From NCBI GenBank assembly GCA_963714095.1, contig OY970230.1, positions 70,206 through 134,205 on the forward strand: a stretch of 64,000 nucleotides of DNA, in the 5' to 3' direction. Below the pieces are notes generated by a model. That model ran no database searches and was not told where the DNA came from. It saw only the letters and a list, made by a program, of their open reading frames with translations. Each line of letters begins with the position of its first letter. The first letter of the stretch is position 1. The stretch comes from Candidatus Gottesmanbacteria bacterium. GTDB lineage: Bacteria > Patescibacteriota > Microgenomatia > UBA10105 > UBA927. Positions 21,218-31,630 of the stretch are shown piece after piece. A program made the position numbers and the translations under genes.

Positions 21218-21261
21218 TAACGGTTAGTATAAACAGCCCTGTGAGTAATCATGGGGCTGTT

Positions 21262-22053
21262 TTATTCCACGTCTTCCCAAATCTCAGCCGTGACCCCGTC
21301 TTTTTGCACATCTTCCTTTTGAGCAAAACTCAAATGTATATTTTCTTCTTCAGCTTCAACCAGGAGTTTTTTAGTATATCGTTTACAGCGGATCAACAGC
21401 TCTTTTGTTTCACAGACAAACAGGATCTCCGGCGCTACCTTAATATGCCCTATCCATTCGCACTCTGTCAAAAATTCAAGATAGGTTCTGATCCTTTTTC
21501 TAACTCGATAGGCAGGAAGTTTGGTTGTAAGAATCTCCAAAAGATAGTAATTCATTTTGTTGTTTTTCTTTCTGGTAAAAACAAGGTGAGGATGAAGCTC
21601 CGATAGCATGCTGGAAAAATAAAAGGAAGATTTTGGGTTTGTATACTCGTTTTCGGTAGCCAACTCAAAAAATAGTTTATCGTTGGGTTGATTTTTCAAA
21701 TCAAGACAAATATCAGCTATGAGTTGGCAGGTAGAAATAAAGGTATCCGACCGGTTTTTATCCCGATATAGTTTTCGTAATACTTCCGGATCGTATCCAT
21801 CTTGTGTCTTTAGCCATCTGATTCCGTTAATCCCCAGGTAATAAACTGCGGGTTGGTTTTTTCCTAAAAATGTCGAGGGATCATAAATTCTATTCAAATA
21901 TTCCTTTTTGACTAGATCTGGTAGCCAGATATTTATTTTTCCTTTACTTTTATGATTGAGGAATTTTTGAATTTGGGTGCTGTTGAGGAATCTGTATGTA
22001 TAGTGTTGTCTTATTATTTCTTGTTGTTGATGTGTTAGTTTTGGGAGTGTCAT
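21262..22053 (-). CDS. Replication-relaxation family protein (mobile-element associated)
   Basis: N-terminal LT.QQ.EIIRQHYTYRFLNSTQIQKFL...LVKKEYLNRIY...PAVYYLGINGIRWL fits the Replic_Relax pattern. Confidence 0.5.
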   Translation of the reverse strand: MTLPKLTHQQQEIIRQHYTYRFLNSTQIQKFLNHKSKGKINIWLPDLVKKEYLNRIYDPSTFLGKNQPAVYYLGINGIRWLKTQDGYDPEVLRKLYRDKNRSDTFISTCQLIADICLDLKNQPNDKLFFELATENEYTNPKSSFYFSSMLSELHPHLVFTRKKNNKMNYYLLEILTTKLPAYRVRKRIRTYLEFLTECEWIGHIKVAPEILFVCETKELLIRCKRYTKKLLVEAEEENIHLSFAQKEDVQKDGVTAEIWEDVE

Positions 22054-22309
22054 GTTTATTTTTTATTTATTATTTTTTATTATTTTTTACTTTAATTTCT
22101 TATGCCACCCCCAACACACTCCGTTTCTTTTAAAGGTAGGTGACACAATATTTTAAAATTAGCCTCAAATATATCATATTTTGGTGATAGCCCGTTATCA
22201 CTAATTTTGTAGGGATTTTCGGACGGGTTTGTGAGTGTTTTTTCTTCTTGATCCACCAGTTTTTCCGGTATTGTCCTTCATCTTTTTACCTGTCTTTTCT
22301 TCCGGTTCC

Positions 22310-25110
22310 TCACTCACCCCAAAGAGTATATTGAGTTGTTTTTCCACCACAGCCCTGGAGTTGCGTAATGTTTTCTGGTATTGGCAATAACAAAGTCCCT
22401 GATCCGATCAGAGCCTTTAATTTCAGGGGAACGGTTTCTCCGGAAAAAGCATCTTCCGAATCCTCATTGGTCACTTTCATAAAGAAGTGATGTGGTGGCA
22501 AGATTAACGATTTCTCCTTTTTCTACTTCCGGTTCCATAAAGGGAAGATAACTGCTTCATCATCCGGGCCGTTTTTAAAGAAATAATCGTTCCGGAATTC
22601 CCCAAGACCACCTTGGCGGTTTTAACATCCTCAATCTGGGCGACATTCTGATGGGAAGGAATGATAAAGACATGGAATTTCCGGGCTTCCGAGAAAATAT
22701 CAGCAAAATGGGCATTGGCAAAGTTTTGAAACTCATCAATATACAGGAAAAAATCTTTGCGTTTATTTTCCGGTATTTGGGCTCTTTGATATGCAGCCAT
22801 CTGGATGAGGGAGATGATGAGCGTACCAAAGAATCCGGACCGTTCTTCTCCCAAGTTTCCTTTAGACAGATTAACCAAAAGGACTTTGCCCTGATCCATA
22901 ACGTCCGAAAACTTAATAGTGCTTTCTGCCTGTAGCAGGATATGCCGGGATAAAGGAGAGGTAATAAACTCACCCAGTTTATTGGTTAAAGGTGAAATCA
23001 TATCTGCTTTTTGCATATGGCCAAACATTTTAAATTCATCAACCCAGAATTGTTTCAAGACCGGATCCTTGAGTGTTGCGGTTACACTTTGCCGATAGCC
23101 GGTATTAGTTAAAAGCTTTTGGATAGTCATCAACGTTGGAGATTCCGTTGTTAGAGCCGTCATCGTGGCATTTCGTAAAATATGTTCCATCCGTTGTCCC
23201 CAATTGGCTTTCGGAGTGATTTTCATGAATACTGAGATAACTGATCCGGTAATCCAGTCGGCTTTTTCTTCCTCATCCACAAACGTTCCTCCGGGATTGA
23301 GGATGTTTAACCCTACCGGCCAAAGTTTGTCTGTCGGATCAAGATAAATGACATCCTTTTTCCTTGATTCGGAATGACACTAATAGTTCCTTAATCATGT
23401 CTCCGTGAGGGTCAATGACTGCTACTCCTTTTCCGGACAAAATATCCTGATAGGCCATCTGTTTAATGATGGTTGTTTTCCCCATACCGGTTTTGCCGAC
23501 AATATAGGTATGTTCATGCCGTTGGACTTGGGTTAACCCGACTGGAGTTTCTTCACCTCCATAGTTGTTTTTTCCAACTACTACATCGAGTTTGGTGGTG
23601 TCTTGTTTCAGTGATAACGGTGCCGGAGATCGCGGCTTTTAGATTTAACCAATCCTTCAGTTTTTGTGGTATCCATATATGGAAAATGGAAAAAATCTGA
23701 AAGTTCCGAAGCGGAAAGGATCGGATTAGGATATAGGGAAGAACTTTGAGATAACGCTCGTTTTTTGAATGACTGTAAACCAGATTGTATGCTGGGAGCA
23801 AACAAGCCGTGCTTCGTAACCAGCGATTGATATGAACTGTTAAGTTGACCAAAAGCAGCCATAAGCCCATTCAATCGGAGATTCACTTCATCACCACTAT
23901 CCGCTACCACCAGAATCCGGATGGATGTTTCAAATAACTCTTGGTCAATCTTTCCTTTGACGATAGTTGAAAGTTCCTGCTCATACGGATTTAAAATCTG
24001 TTGAGGTTTAACTTTCGGGGTGGTATCAACAAAAACATGGGGAGTTTTTGAGTTTTCATTGGCAACCGTCACAATCATTTCCATAACAAAGTTAAATAGT
24101 CCCCAGACGATAATCCAGATAATCCTGATAACCATCCAAAATATCGAAATAACTGGCAGAGAGACGACTTTTTGCAGGAAATCCTTTTGCAGGACTGGTG
24201 TTAACGGTTCACCCTTCACCATTCTTTGCTTCAATGTCTGCATCTCTTTCAAATCTTTTTTGTGTGTTGAAGACAACAATGGCGTGGTTACAACCTGAAA
24301 GGAAATAAGTTCACCGGAGGCAAGTTTGGTCATGTTACCCGTAAGATACGAGATGGGATCATGTTCTTTTAAGGCTGTTTGTGTTTCCAGAGGCAGAGCA
24401 AAATGTCCGGAGAGTTTAAATTCTTCTAACCCCATACATTTCGGGTTATCGTCTTCATGTTTCAGATATGGATCAAGGTAGTCATGGACTACCCGAATAC
24501 GAATACCTGGCAAATATGACCGTAAACTATATTGAATGGTCTCAATGACATTTGGTTCTGCTGCCAGTAGGTACCTAATGCCTTCATTCCGGGTAGAAAC
24601 AATTTCCAATGAATAACCGTTTTTCCGTTGAAGTACATTATCCCAGAAGCTTTTTTGACGAGATAGGGTATGTAACAGGCGGTATAACTCTTCGGTCGCA
24701 TACGCGGATTTTGTCGTATCGGAAGGAAATGTCAGTTCCAGAAATACTTTGGGTGGAACTTTTTGAAACTTTCCAATCCCATATCTCACACCGGCAAGGA
24801 GCTGGAAAACGAATAGCACCAGTATATATCCCAAAAGACACACCACAGCCAGCATGATCAGAGGATAAAAGTTAATGATAACCACCAGAGCTAGAGGTGA
24901 GAGTTTGATGTTAGCAAGAAAGGCTGCATTGTGACCAGAAAGAAAATTGTATATACCAAGTTTTGCACTAATAGGAATAACAGGCAGACTTAAAATGATA
25001 CCCAAAATTAATGTGTTCAGAACCGGCAGCGTGTGGTTTTGGATCTGATGAAGCAGTTGGAGTTGTTCTGCGGTTGGTGTCATATTTGCCCTCCATTCTT
25101 TCGGAAACAT
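22310..25110 (-). pseudogene. Conjugative type IV coupling ATPase (VirD4/TraG/TraD-like) with long N-terminal membrane domain, fragmented into at least 4 frames
   Basis: 500-aa multi-TM N-terminal piece; Walker A HTYIVGKTGMGKTT in another frame (~23440–23640); YLDPTDKLWPVGLNILNP and FLYIDEFQNF (TraG-D_C signature) in the 258-aa piece; 63-aa tail. Confidence 0.6.
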
Positions 25111-25295
25111 TGAGGAGACTGCACCAGCTCACTGAAGAGAAGAATTATTGCTTTGTGACGAACAATTTGCCCTACCATAACAGGTTATATTTTGGGCAGA
25201 ACTAAAATATATCGAAGTATATCAAAAACAACACGAAAGTAAAAGTTACGAAAACTTGAAATGAGAAACACTACCAGGTATAATTTCTGCCTAAG

Positions 25296-25538
25296 ATGAC
25301 CGTAATTGAAAATCTAAGTAAAAATGGAACAGATCCGGAGTCTTTCGTAGTAAGCACAGATAGACTTTTGGAAGCTGCCGTATTAGAAGGTGACCCCAAT
25401 TTAGCAATTGACGTCGTAAGAAGAACAGCCAGATTGGCAGGTGTAGACACGCAGACGGCTCTAAATTTCGTCGTGGGTAGAATGTCGAGACAACTCGAAA
25501 AGGCAATAAAGATTGAAGAGTCAAGAAATAGCGGTTAA
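25296..25538 (+). CDS. Small hypothetical protein
   Basis: ORF only. Confidence 0.2.
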   Translation: MTVIENLSKNGTDPESFVVSTDRLLEAAVLEGDPNLAIDVVRRTARLAGVDTQTALNFVVGRMSRQLEKAIKIEESRNSG

Positions 25539-25673
25539 TTTTCTATCAAATAACTCCCAGATATTTATATTTAAAAGTCTGATTTTATGCACGATCAAAG
25601 TTGTTCTACTTCCAGCAATTGCTTTGTTTACACGATCAGATTTACCTGATAATTTCCTCAAATAATTACCCCT

Positions 25674-25702
25674 TGACATTATGCCTATAGGGATAGTATA
25701 TT
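25674..25702 (+). promoter_or_regulatory. Near-consensus sigma70-type promoter TTGACA-N17-TATATT overlapping the TAGGGATAGTATA motif
   Basis: Read directly; 34 bp upstream of the small ORF 25736–25894. Confidence 0.5.
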
Positions 25703-25735
25703 ATTCCTTATAGAGATAATATTAAGGCTAAAACC

Positions 25736-25894
25736 ATGGGAAGACTAAAAGGATCAGTTAACAAGATTTCTTCAAAAAGACCAAAGACTTCGTCACTTTC
25801 TTCGGAAGATCGCATCAAATTCCTTGCCAATATTATTATCGACCGAATCCTTGAAGATCAGAAGAATGGACAGCCGTTATACAAACAAAATTAA
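25736..25894 (+). CDS. Small ORF (52 aa) immediately upstream of the recombinase, below the ORF-track cutoff
   Basis: MGRLKGSVNKISSKRPKTSSLSSEDRIKFLANIIIDRILEDQKNGQPLYKQN. AGGCTAAAACC upstream is a weak RBS. Confidence 0.3.
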   Translation: MGRLKGSVNKISSKRPKTSSLSSEDRIKFLANIIIDRILEDQKNGQPLYKQN

Positions 25895-25902
25895 GGAACA
25901 AT

Positions 25903-27526
25903 ATGGAGCCTGTAACTAAAATCGAAAATGCTGTTGCCGCTATCCGTGTTTCTTCGGTAAGACAGGGTGTTGATGGTGACTCTCCGGAAGCCCAAAAAGA
26001 ACAAATTGAACGCTTCGCCCAAGTTCATAACATCCATATTAAAAAGTTCTTTATCTTCCTTGAATCTGCCTCAAAAGAAGAACAACCGGTACAGGAAGCC
26101 ATTGATTACTGCAAGCATCCTAAAAACGATATCCAACTTTTCGTTATTAAATCTATCGACCGGTTTACCCGTGGCGGTTCCTTCTTTTATGAAGAACTAA
26201 AAATGCAGTTGGAGAAAAGCGGTGTCCAACTGGTTGATATTTACGGTGTCATCGGCAACAGCAGGTCAATACCTTGAGCATCTTAGGAGTAGCCTTTAAT
26301 TGGAGTGTTTATTCGCCTACCAAAAAATCAGAAATGCTTGAGGCGGAACGGGCAAAAGATGAAATGCGCGACATCATGAGCCGGATGATCGGCGCTGAAA
26401 TCCGCTATTCCCGATTAGGCTATTGGGTACGGGCTGCCCTTTGGGTTCATGAATGTAAAAGTTGAAACCCCAAACGGAACAAGAGTGATATTAAAACCTC
26501 ATCCGATTGAATCTGCTTGGATTATCAAAATGTTTGAACTGCGTTGTCTTGGGAACATTGAGTGACCAGCAAATCGTTGATGAGATCAATAACTCCGGTT
26601 ATAAATCACGGCATAATCTAGTCCGTGATCCCAAAGACCGAACAAAAATAGTCAAGGAAAGAGGCAATCAAAAACTGACACTAAAAGGATTCTGGCGATA
26701 TCTAAAAATCCGATATTTGCAGGCATCAATCTTGTTAATTGGACAAAAGATAATCCCCAAAAAGGGAAAGTTTGACGGATTAGTTTCCATTGAAACCTTC
26801 AATAAGGCCAATAGAGGTAAGATTACTATTCTCAGAGGAAAATGGCGAGATAAAAATCTATCACTGGAAAGACCGCCGGAGTATCTAGTCAAAAAAGGGG
26901 TCCAGAACGCGGATTTCCCATATAAACGGGTCGTCTATGTGTCCCCATTGTAACCGAGCCACTTATGGTAGTGCCTCAAGAGGAAACTTAGGCAAATACT
27001 ATCCGGCCTATCATTGTAATAAACGGGGACATTATTTTCGTGTCTCAAAAAAGGATTTTGACGAAACGATTAAGAAATTCGTTCAGAACATAAAACTTGC
27101 ACCAGGATTTTCTGATGCTTTAGTTAAGGCGGTTTTAAACGAATGGGATAAACGAGAGTCAATGGCATACGGAACGAAACAAAGTCTTGATAAGCGGATT
27201 ATGGAGCTGAAAGCAGAAGAAACGCAATACCGGTAGGCACACTTAAATATCTAACTTCTGAAGTTGCCGTTAAGTTCGTTGAGCAGGAGATGATAAAGAT
27301 TGCCAGTAAGGTTGCGGAACTCATGGCGCAGACAGAAAAAAATATTCAATCAAAACCCACTGATATGCACATGGTCATGGCCTACATAAAATATTTTCTG
27401 GAACACATGGAAGATTTGTTACTTTCAGGCACGAATTCGGTCATGAAAGCTCAATATTTTGGGGTACTTTTTGATATGCGCCAACCTACCAAGAAATACT
27501 TTCTGGAACCCGAATATAGCCGATAG
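25903..27526 (+). pseudogene. Large serine recombinase (resolvase/invertase family), fragmented into ~5 frames
   Basis: Catalytic N-terminus AIRVSSVRQG (Ser nucleophile) and resolvase core IDRFTRG. Later pieces carry the recombinase zinc-ribbon (CPHCNRATYGS...YHCNKRGHY) and a coiled-coil tail. Confidence 0.65.
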
Positions 27527-27701
27527 TTATTGAACTAAATGAGGATTATGCTATTCCCAAAACCAACTTAGTGAGCTCGCAGGGATCCGAACACGAATAT
27601 CCAAGCTAAAAAAAATAGGAGTTACTGTTTGTTTTTCTTTGTTCGGATAATGAAATAGCCTACTCTGACTATGCAGCTAACATATATGATATACTAAGTA
27701 T

Positions 27702-28007
27702 ATGTCAAAAACCGTTCCGAAGCATTTATGGAATTTTTTCTGGGACGTTGACCCCCAGACGCTTGACCCCAACCAAAAAGCAAATTTTGTCATAGGAAGA
27801 CTCCTCGAAAAGGGCAATGATAAAGCGGTTTCTTGGGTACTTCACAACTATCCTCTTAAGACTATTAAGCATGTTTTTAGCACCATCCGGGATTTTAGCC
27901 CGAAAACGGCTAATTTTTGGAGCATATACCTTGGTATTCCGGAGGACGAAATATTATGTTTACAGGAACCTTACCGGAGCCAGCGCAAAAGGCTCTGGCC
28001 GTATTAG
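27702..28007 (+). CDS. Small partner protein of the AbiEii-like nucleotidyltransferase (putative antitoxin-like)
   Basis: LWNFFWDVDPQTLDPNQKANFVIGRLLEKGNDKAVSWVL. Ends at an in-frame TAG 33 nt before the NTase start. Confidence 0.4.
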   Translation: MSKTVPKHLWNFFWDVDPQTLDPNQKANFVIGRLLEKGNDKAVSWVLHNYPLKTIKHVFSTIRDFSPKTANFWSIYLGIPEDEILCLQEPYRSQRKRLWPY

Positions 28008-28040
28008 GAAAAAATTTTTAGTTTCCCTACTCCTACGTAT

Positions 28041-28592
28041 TTGGCCGGAGGGAGCTGGTTGGCATTATATTTAGGACATCGGATTTCGGTGGATTTCGAT
28101 TTTTTTACACCGGTTAGCTTTAATCCGGAAATAATGGCTAAACAGCTTTCTAAGTTGGGAAGTTTTAGTGTAGCCACCATCGCTCCAAATACACTCCTCG
28201 GGGTATTTAATGAAACCAAATTTAGCATGTTCTGTTATGAGTATCCGTCTCTTTTTCCTACAAATAACGTCTGGGGCATACATGTAGCAGATAAACGGGA
28301 TATTGCAGCGATGAAAATAGCTGCGGTCATGGACCGAGGAACAAAAAAGGACTTCATCGATCTGTATTTTCTTTCAAAAGAAGGTATTACGCTTAACGAC
28401 AGTTTAAGCTACTACGATAATAAATATGGCTCTTTGGCAAATAATCTATATAGTATTTTAAAAAGCTTTACCTATTTTGTTGATGCGGAAGAATCGGAAA
28501 TGCCAAAAATGCTAAAACTGGTTTCGTGGGATGAAGTAAAAACATTTTTTAGACATCAATCTACCCACCTTGCCGACACGCTTCTCAAATAA
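28041..28592 (+). CDS. AbiEii/AbiGii-family nucleotidyltransferase (putative toxin), TTG start
   Basis: YLAGGSWLALYLGHRISVDFDFF matches the GGTAL.LY...R.S.DiDf core of DUF1814/AbiEii. Confidence 0.5.
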   Translation: MAGGSWLALYLGHRISVDFDFFTPVSFNPEIMAKQLSKLGSFSVATIAPNTLLGVFNETKFSMFCYEYPSLFPTNNVWGIHVADKRDIAAMKIAAVMDRGTKKDFIDLYFLSKEGITLNDSLSYYDNKYGSLANNLYSILKSFTYFVDAEESEMPKMLKLVSWDEVKTFFRHQSTHLADTLLK

Positions 28593-28742
28593 ATGACAAG
28601 ATATGACAAATAGTCCTCATTGTATTTTATGATGCTGATGCGCAGCATATATATCTCCCGGGAACGGGTAAACGATTATCGAAGCAGTCAAGTCTATACC
28701 AATCACCTGAGTTCAGAGTGATGCTCTAGCTTATTCTGACAA

Positions 28743-28814
28743 TCTAAGTCTGTGAGTCGGCAGGGGCTCGAACCCTGAACCAACAGCTTAAAAGGCTGCT
28801 GCTCTACCGTTGAG
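28743..28814 (-). tRNA. tRNA-Lys (anticodon UUU)
   Basis: Folded by hand: acceptor GGGTCGG/CCGACTC, T-loop GGTTCGAGCCC, anticodon loop CTTTTAA. Confidence 0.7.
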
Positions 28815-28882
28815 CTACCGACCCGTGAAGCTATTATACCAAATTTCCGCATGAATTATGATATCGTGAAGACTTTGAAGTA

Positions 28883-29278
28883 TTAAACAGTAGCTTCGTT
28901 TACCTTACCGGCCTCTTTTCCCTGTTTATCGCGGAGATAATACAATTTGGCGCGCCGTACTGATCCGATCTTTTTGACTTCAAGCTTTTTAATCCAAGGA
29001 GACACTAAGGGAAAAATACGCTCAATGCCTATCGCACCTGAACCGATTTTACGGACAGTAAACATACAGTTGACGCCGCTGCCTTTAATACTAATAACGA
29101 TGCCTTCAAATGCCTGTGTACGTTCACGTGTTTCTTCCTTTACTTCCCGCTTTGTTTTACCGGCCACCTTCTCGTGTTCGATAAGTTTATAATGCACACG
29201 AACCGTGTCGCCGACATGAAAAAGAACGTCCTTTTTCGATTCAGCTTCTCCTGTCGACCAAATTGCAGTATTTGCCAT
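28883..29278 (-). CDS. rplS: 50S ribosomal protein L19
   Basis: [26 protein letters not shown]...[10 protein letters not shown] signature. Confidence 0.8.
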   Translation of the reverse strand: MANTAIWSTGEAESKKDVLFHVGDTVRVHYKLIEHEKVAGKTKREVKEETRERTQAFEGIVISIKGSGVNCMFTVRKIGSGAIGIERIFPLVSPWIKKLEVKKIGSVRRAKLYYLRDKQGKEAGKVNEATV

Positions 29279-29310
29279 AGCACGAGTAGTATACCATGAA
29301 TCTGAGGCTG

Positions 29311-30957
29311 TTACAATGATTTTATGTACGCCAGAAACAGCGGGTGGGGTTTTAACGGCCTGGAACGGTATTCCGGATGATACTGCGTACCCACAAAAAA
29401 CGGGTGGACACTTTTTGGCAATTCTATAATTTCTGCGAGATTCTCCACAACTGACCGGCCTGCTATAGCAAGGCCCGCATCTTCAACTTTCTTTGCATAT
29501 TCATCGTTAAATTCATATCTGTGCCTGTGCCGTTCACCGACGATTTTATGTACTTCGTCATCGTAGCCGTGGTACTTCATATAGGCTGCATCAGCTATCG
29601 AATCTGCCTTTACCCTGCACTCCCAACGACCAAGCCGCATCGTACCGCCGTACGCACGGCGTTTAAGGATGTCCTCCTGCCCAGAAATCATATGAATAAC
29701 AGGATGTGCGGTATCCGCGTCAACTTCCAGCGTGTGAGCGCCTTTAAGACCTAAAACATTCCTTGCGTATTCAACAACCGCAAGCTGCATTCCGTAACAG
29801 AGACCCAAATACGGAATTTTATTGACCCGGGCATAGTTAATCGCGGATATTTTTCCCTCAACGCCGCGTGATCCCCAACCTATCGGAACGATAATCCCAT
29901 TTACACCATGGAGTTCTGATAGATCGCCTTTTTCTAATTTTTCCGCCTGTATCCACTTCACCGCAACAGGTACTCCGTCCGCCCAGGCTGCATGGTCAAT
30001 GGCATCCATGAGGGCTGCGTAACTATCCCTGAGCTGATACTCACCTGTTGCAAAATATTTACCGACAATAGCAATGGTTTTGGGAGTACCTTTTGTTCTA
30101 TTAATCGTTGTGACCATCTGTTCCCAATTCTTCATGTCCAACTCGTTGAGGGGCAAGCCCATCATCGTGAGAATTTTCTCATCCAGCTTTTGTTTCGCCA
30201 GATACGGCGGGCATTCATATACACTGGGGAGATCTACGCTGTCAATGACGTTTTCAGGTTCAACATTGCAAAACAATGCAAATCTGGCCCGACGCCTCGC
30301 ATCCATCGCTTTTTCAGACCGTGTCACAATAAAATCCGGTTGAATTCCCATGGAATTAAGGGCCCGTACCGATAATTGTGTAGGTTTTGTCTTCGGCTCG
30401 CCTAAGTGCGACGGCACGGGAAGATATGATACGTGAACATGAATGACAGTATTTTTCTTATTCCGGCCCAAAATCCGCGATGCCTCGTAATAGAGCGCAT
30501 TCTGATATTCACCGGCAGTCCCACCAAGTTCAACAACGACAATATCCGCCTCTTCCTTCTCACCCGCAGCTTTGATACGCTTGGTAATTTCATCCGTCAC
30601 ATGGGGGATTGCTTCAACGTCTTCGCCTTCGTACCCGAAATTCCGTTCACGGTCAATAACCGCCTTATAAATCTGCCCCATCGTAATAAAATTATGGCGG
30701 TACATGTCTTTCCCTAAAAATTTCTCGTAGGTTCCCATGTCCATGTCCGCCTCGGTGCCGTCTTCGCAGAGATACGGGTCGCCGTGCTCAATGGGGTTAA
30801 TAAGCCCCGCATCCATATTGAGATAGTTTTCGCATTTAACAGGAGTGATTTTATATCCGCGGTTCTGAAGAAGGAGGGCGATAGAGGCGGTCGTTATCCC
30901 TTTTCCAAGGCCTGAGATAACACCACCGGAAACAAATATAAACTTCGTTACGGGCAT
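29311..30957 (-). CDS. pyrG: CTP synthase
   Basis: [22 protein letters not shown]-terminus and a C-terminal GATase domain (LGLCYGMQ). Confidence 0.9.
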   Translation of the reverse strand: MPVTKFIFVSGGVISGLGKGITTASIALLLQNRGYKITPVKCENYLNMDAGLINPIEHGDPYLCEDGTEADMDMGTYEKFLGKDMYRHNFITMGQIYKAVIDRERNFGYEGEDVEAIPHVTDEITKRIKAAGEKEEADIVVVELGGTAGEYQNALYYEASRILGRNKKNTVIHVHVSYLPVPSHLGEPKTKPTQLSVRALNSMGIQPDFIVTRSEKAMDARRRARFALFCNVEPENVIDSVDLPSVYECPPYLAKQKLDEKILTMMGLPLNELDMKNWEQMVTTINRTKGTPKTIAIVGKYFATGEYQLRDSYAALMDAIDHAAWADGVPVAVKWIQAEKLEKGDLSELHGVNGIIVPIGWGSRGVEGKISAINYARVNKIPYLGLCYGMQLAVVEYARNVLGLKGAHTLEVDADTAHPVIHMISGQEDILKRRAYGGTMRLGRWECRVKADSIADAAYMKYHGYDDEVHKIVGERHRHRYEFNDEYAKKVEDAGLAIAGRSVVENLAEIIELPKSVHPFFVGTQYHPEYRSRPLKPHPLFLAYIKSL

Positions 30958-30987
30958 GAGCTAAGATACCAAAAATTGTCCATTTCG

Positions 30988-31620
30988 TCAATGAGCCTTT
31001 TTGGCCTCAAGATACTTTTTGCCGTGTCCGACCGCCGTATTTATCGGTATTCCTTTTTTACACAGAGGACACTTAGACTCCTCAAATGACTCCGCTCTAA
31101 GTACACTGAGAGCCCAAAAAGGAACACCGAGGGCTTTGGCTGTCACGTGTTCCGGGTCACGGTTGACCATGACGGCAACGCTAATAACGTTGCCTCCTGC
31201 TGATTTCACAGCGTTGACAACTTTGTGTACAGAGCCGCCTGTTGTTGTGAGATCCTCGACTACAAGCACGCGTTTTCCTTTTACCAGCGTGTCATAGCCG
31301 CGCGTAAATATTTGATTTTTTTCGGAATCTTTCTCCGTATAGATACCCAATACCTCCTGATGAGTCAGGTGTGAAAGCCAGTATGCTGTCCACTGCGATA
31401 AAATAATGCCGCCGAGAGCTGGAGCTGCAATGACTTCTATACGCTTTTTTTGAAATTTTTGAGCAACCATTTTGCATATAAGCGACGTTTCCTTCGTATG
31501 AGGATAAACCGCATCTTTATTTATATACACGCTGCCGTGTTTACCGGATGTATAGACAAAATGATCATCCGTAAGGACAGCACCGACTTTTTTTAGTATA
31601 GAAATAACATCGTTTTTCAT
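30988..31620 (-). CDS. pyrE: Orotate phosphoribosyltransferase
   Basis: PRTase motif VLVVEDLTTTGGS. Confidence 0.7.
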   Translation of the reverse strand: MKNDVISILKKVGAVLTDDHFVYTSGKHGSVYINKDAVYPHTKETSLICKMVAQKFQKKRIEVIAAPALGGIILSQWTAYWLSHLTHQEVLGIYTEKDSEKNQIFTRGYDTLVKGKRVLVVEDLTTTGGSVHKVVNAVKSAGGNVISVAVMVNRDPEHVTAKALGVPFWALSVLRAESFEESKCPLCKKGIPINTAVGHGKKYLEAKKAH

Positions 31621-31630
31621 GTATTGCCTC

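Noticed and set aside
28005-28007. In-frame TAG between the 101-aa ORF and the AbiEii-like NTase interpreted as a pseudogenising nonsense mutation
   Set aside because: The upstream part does not resemble the usual short N-terminus of AbiEii proteins, and two-gene arrangements are common. It is kept as two CDS, with the alternative noted in findings.
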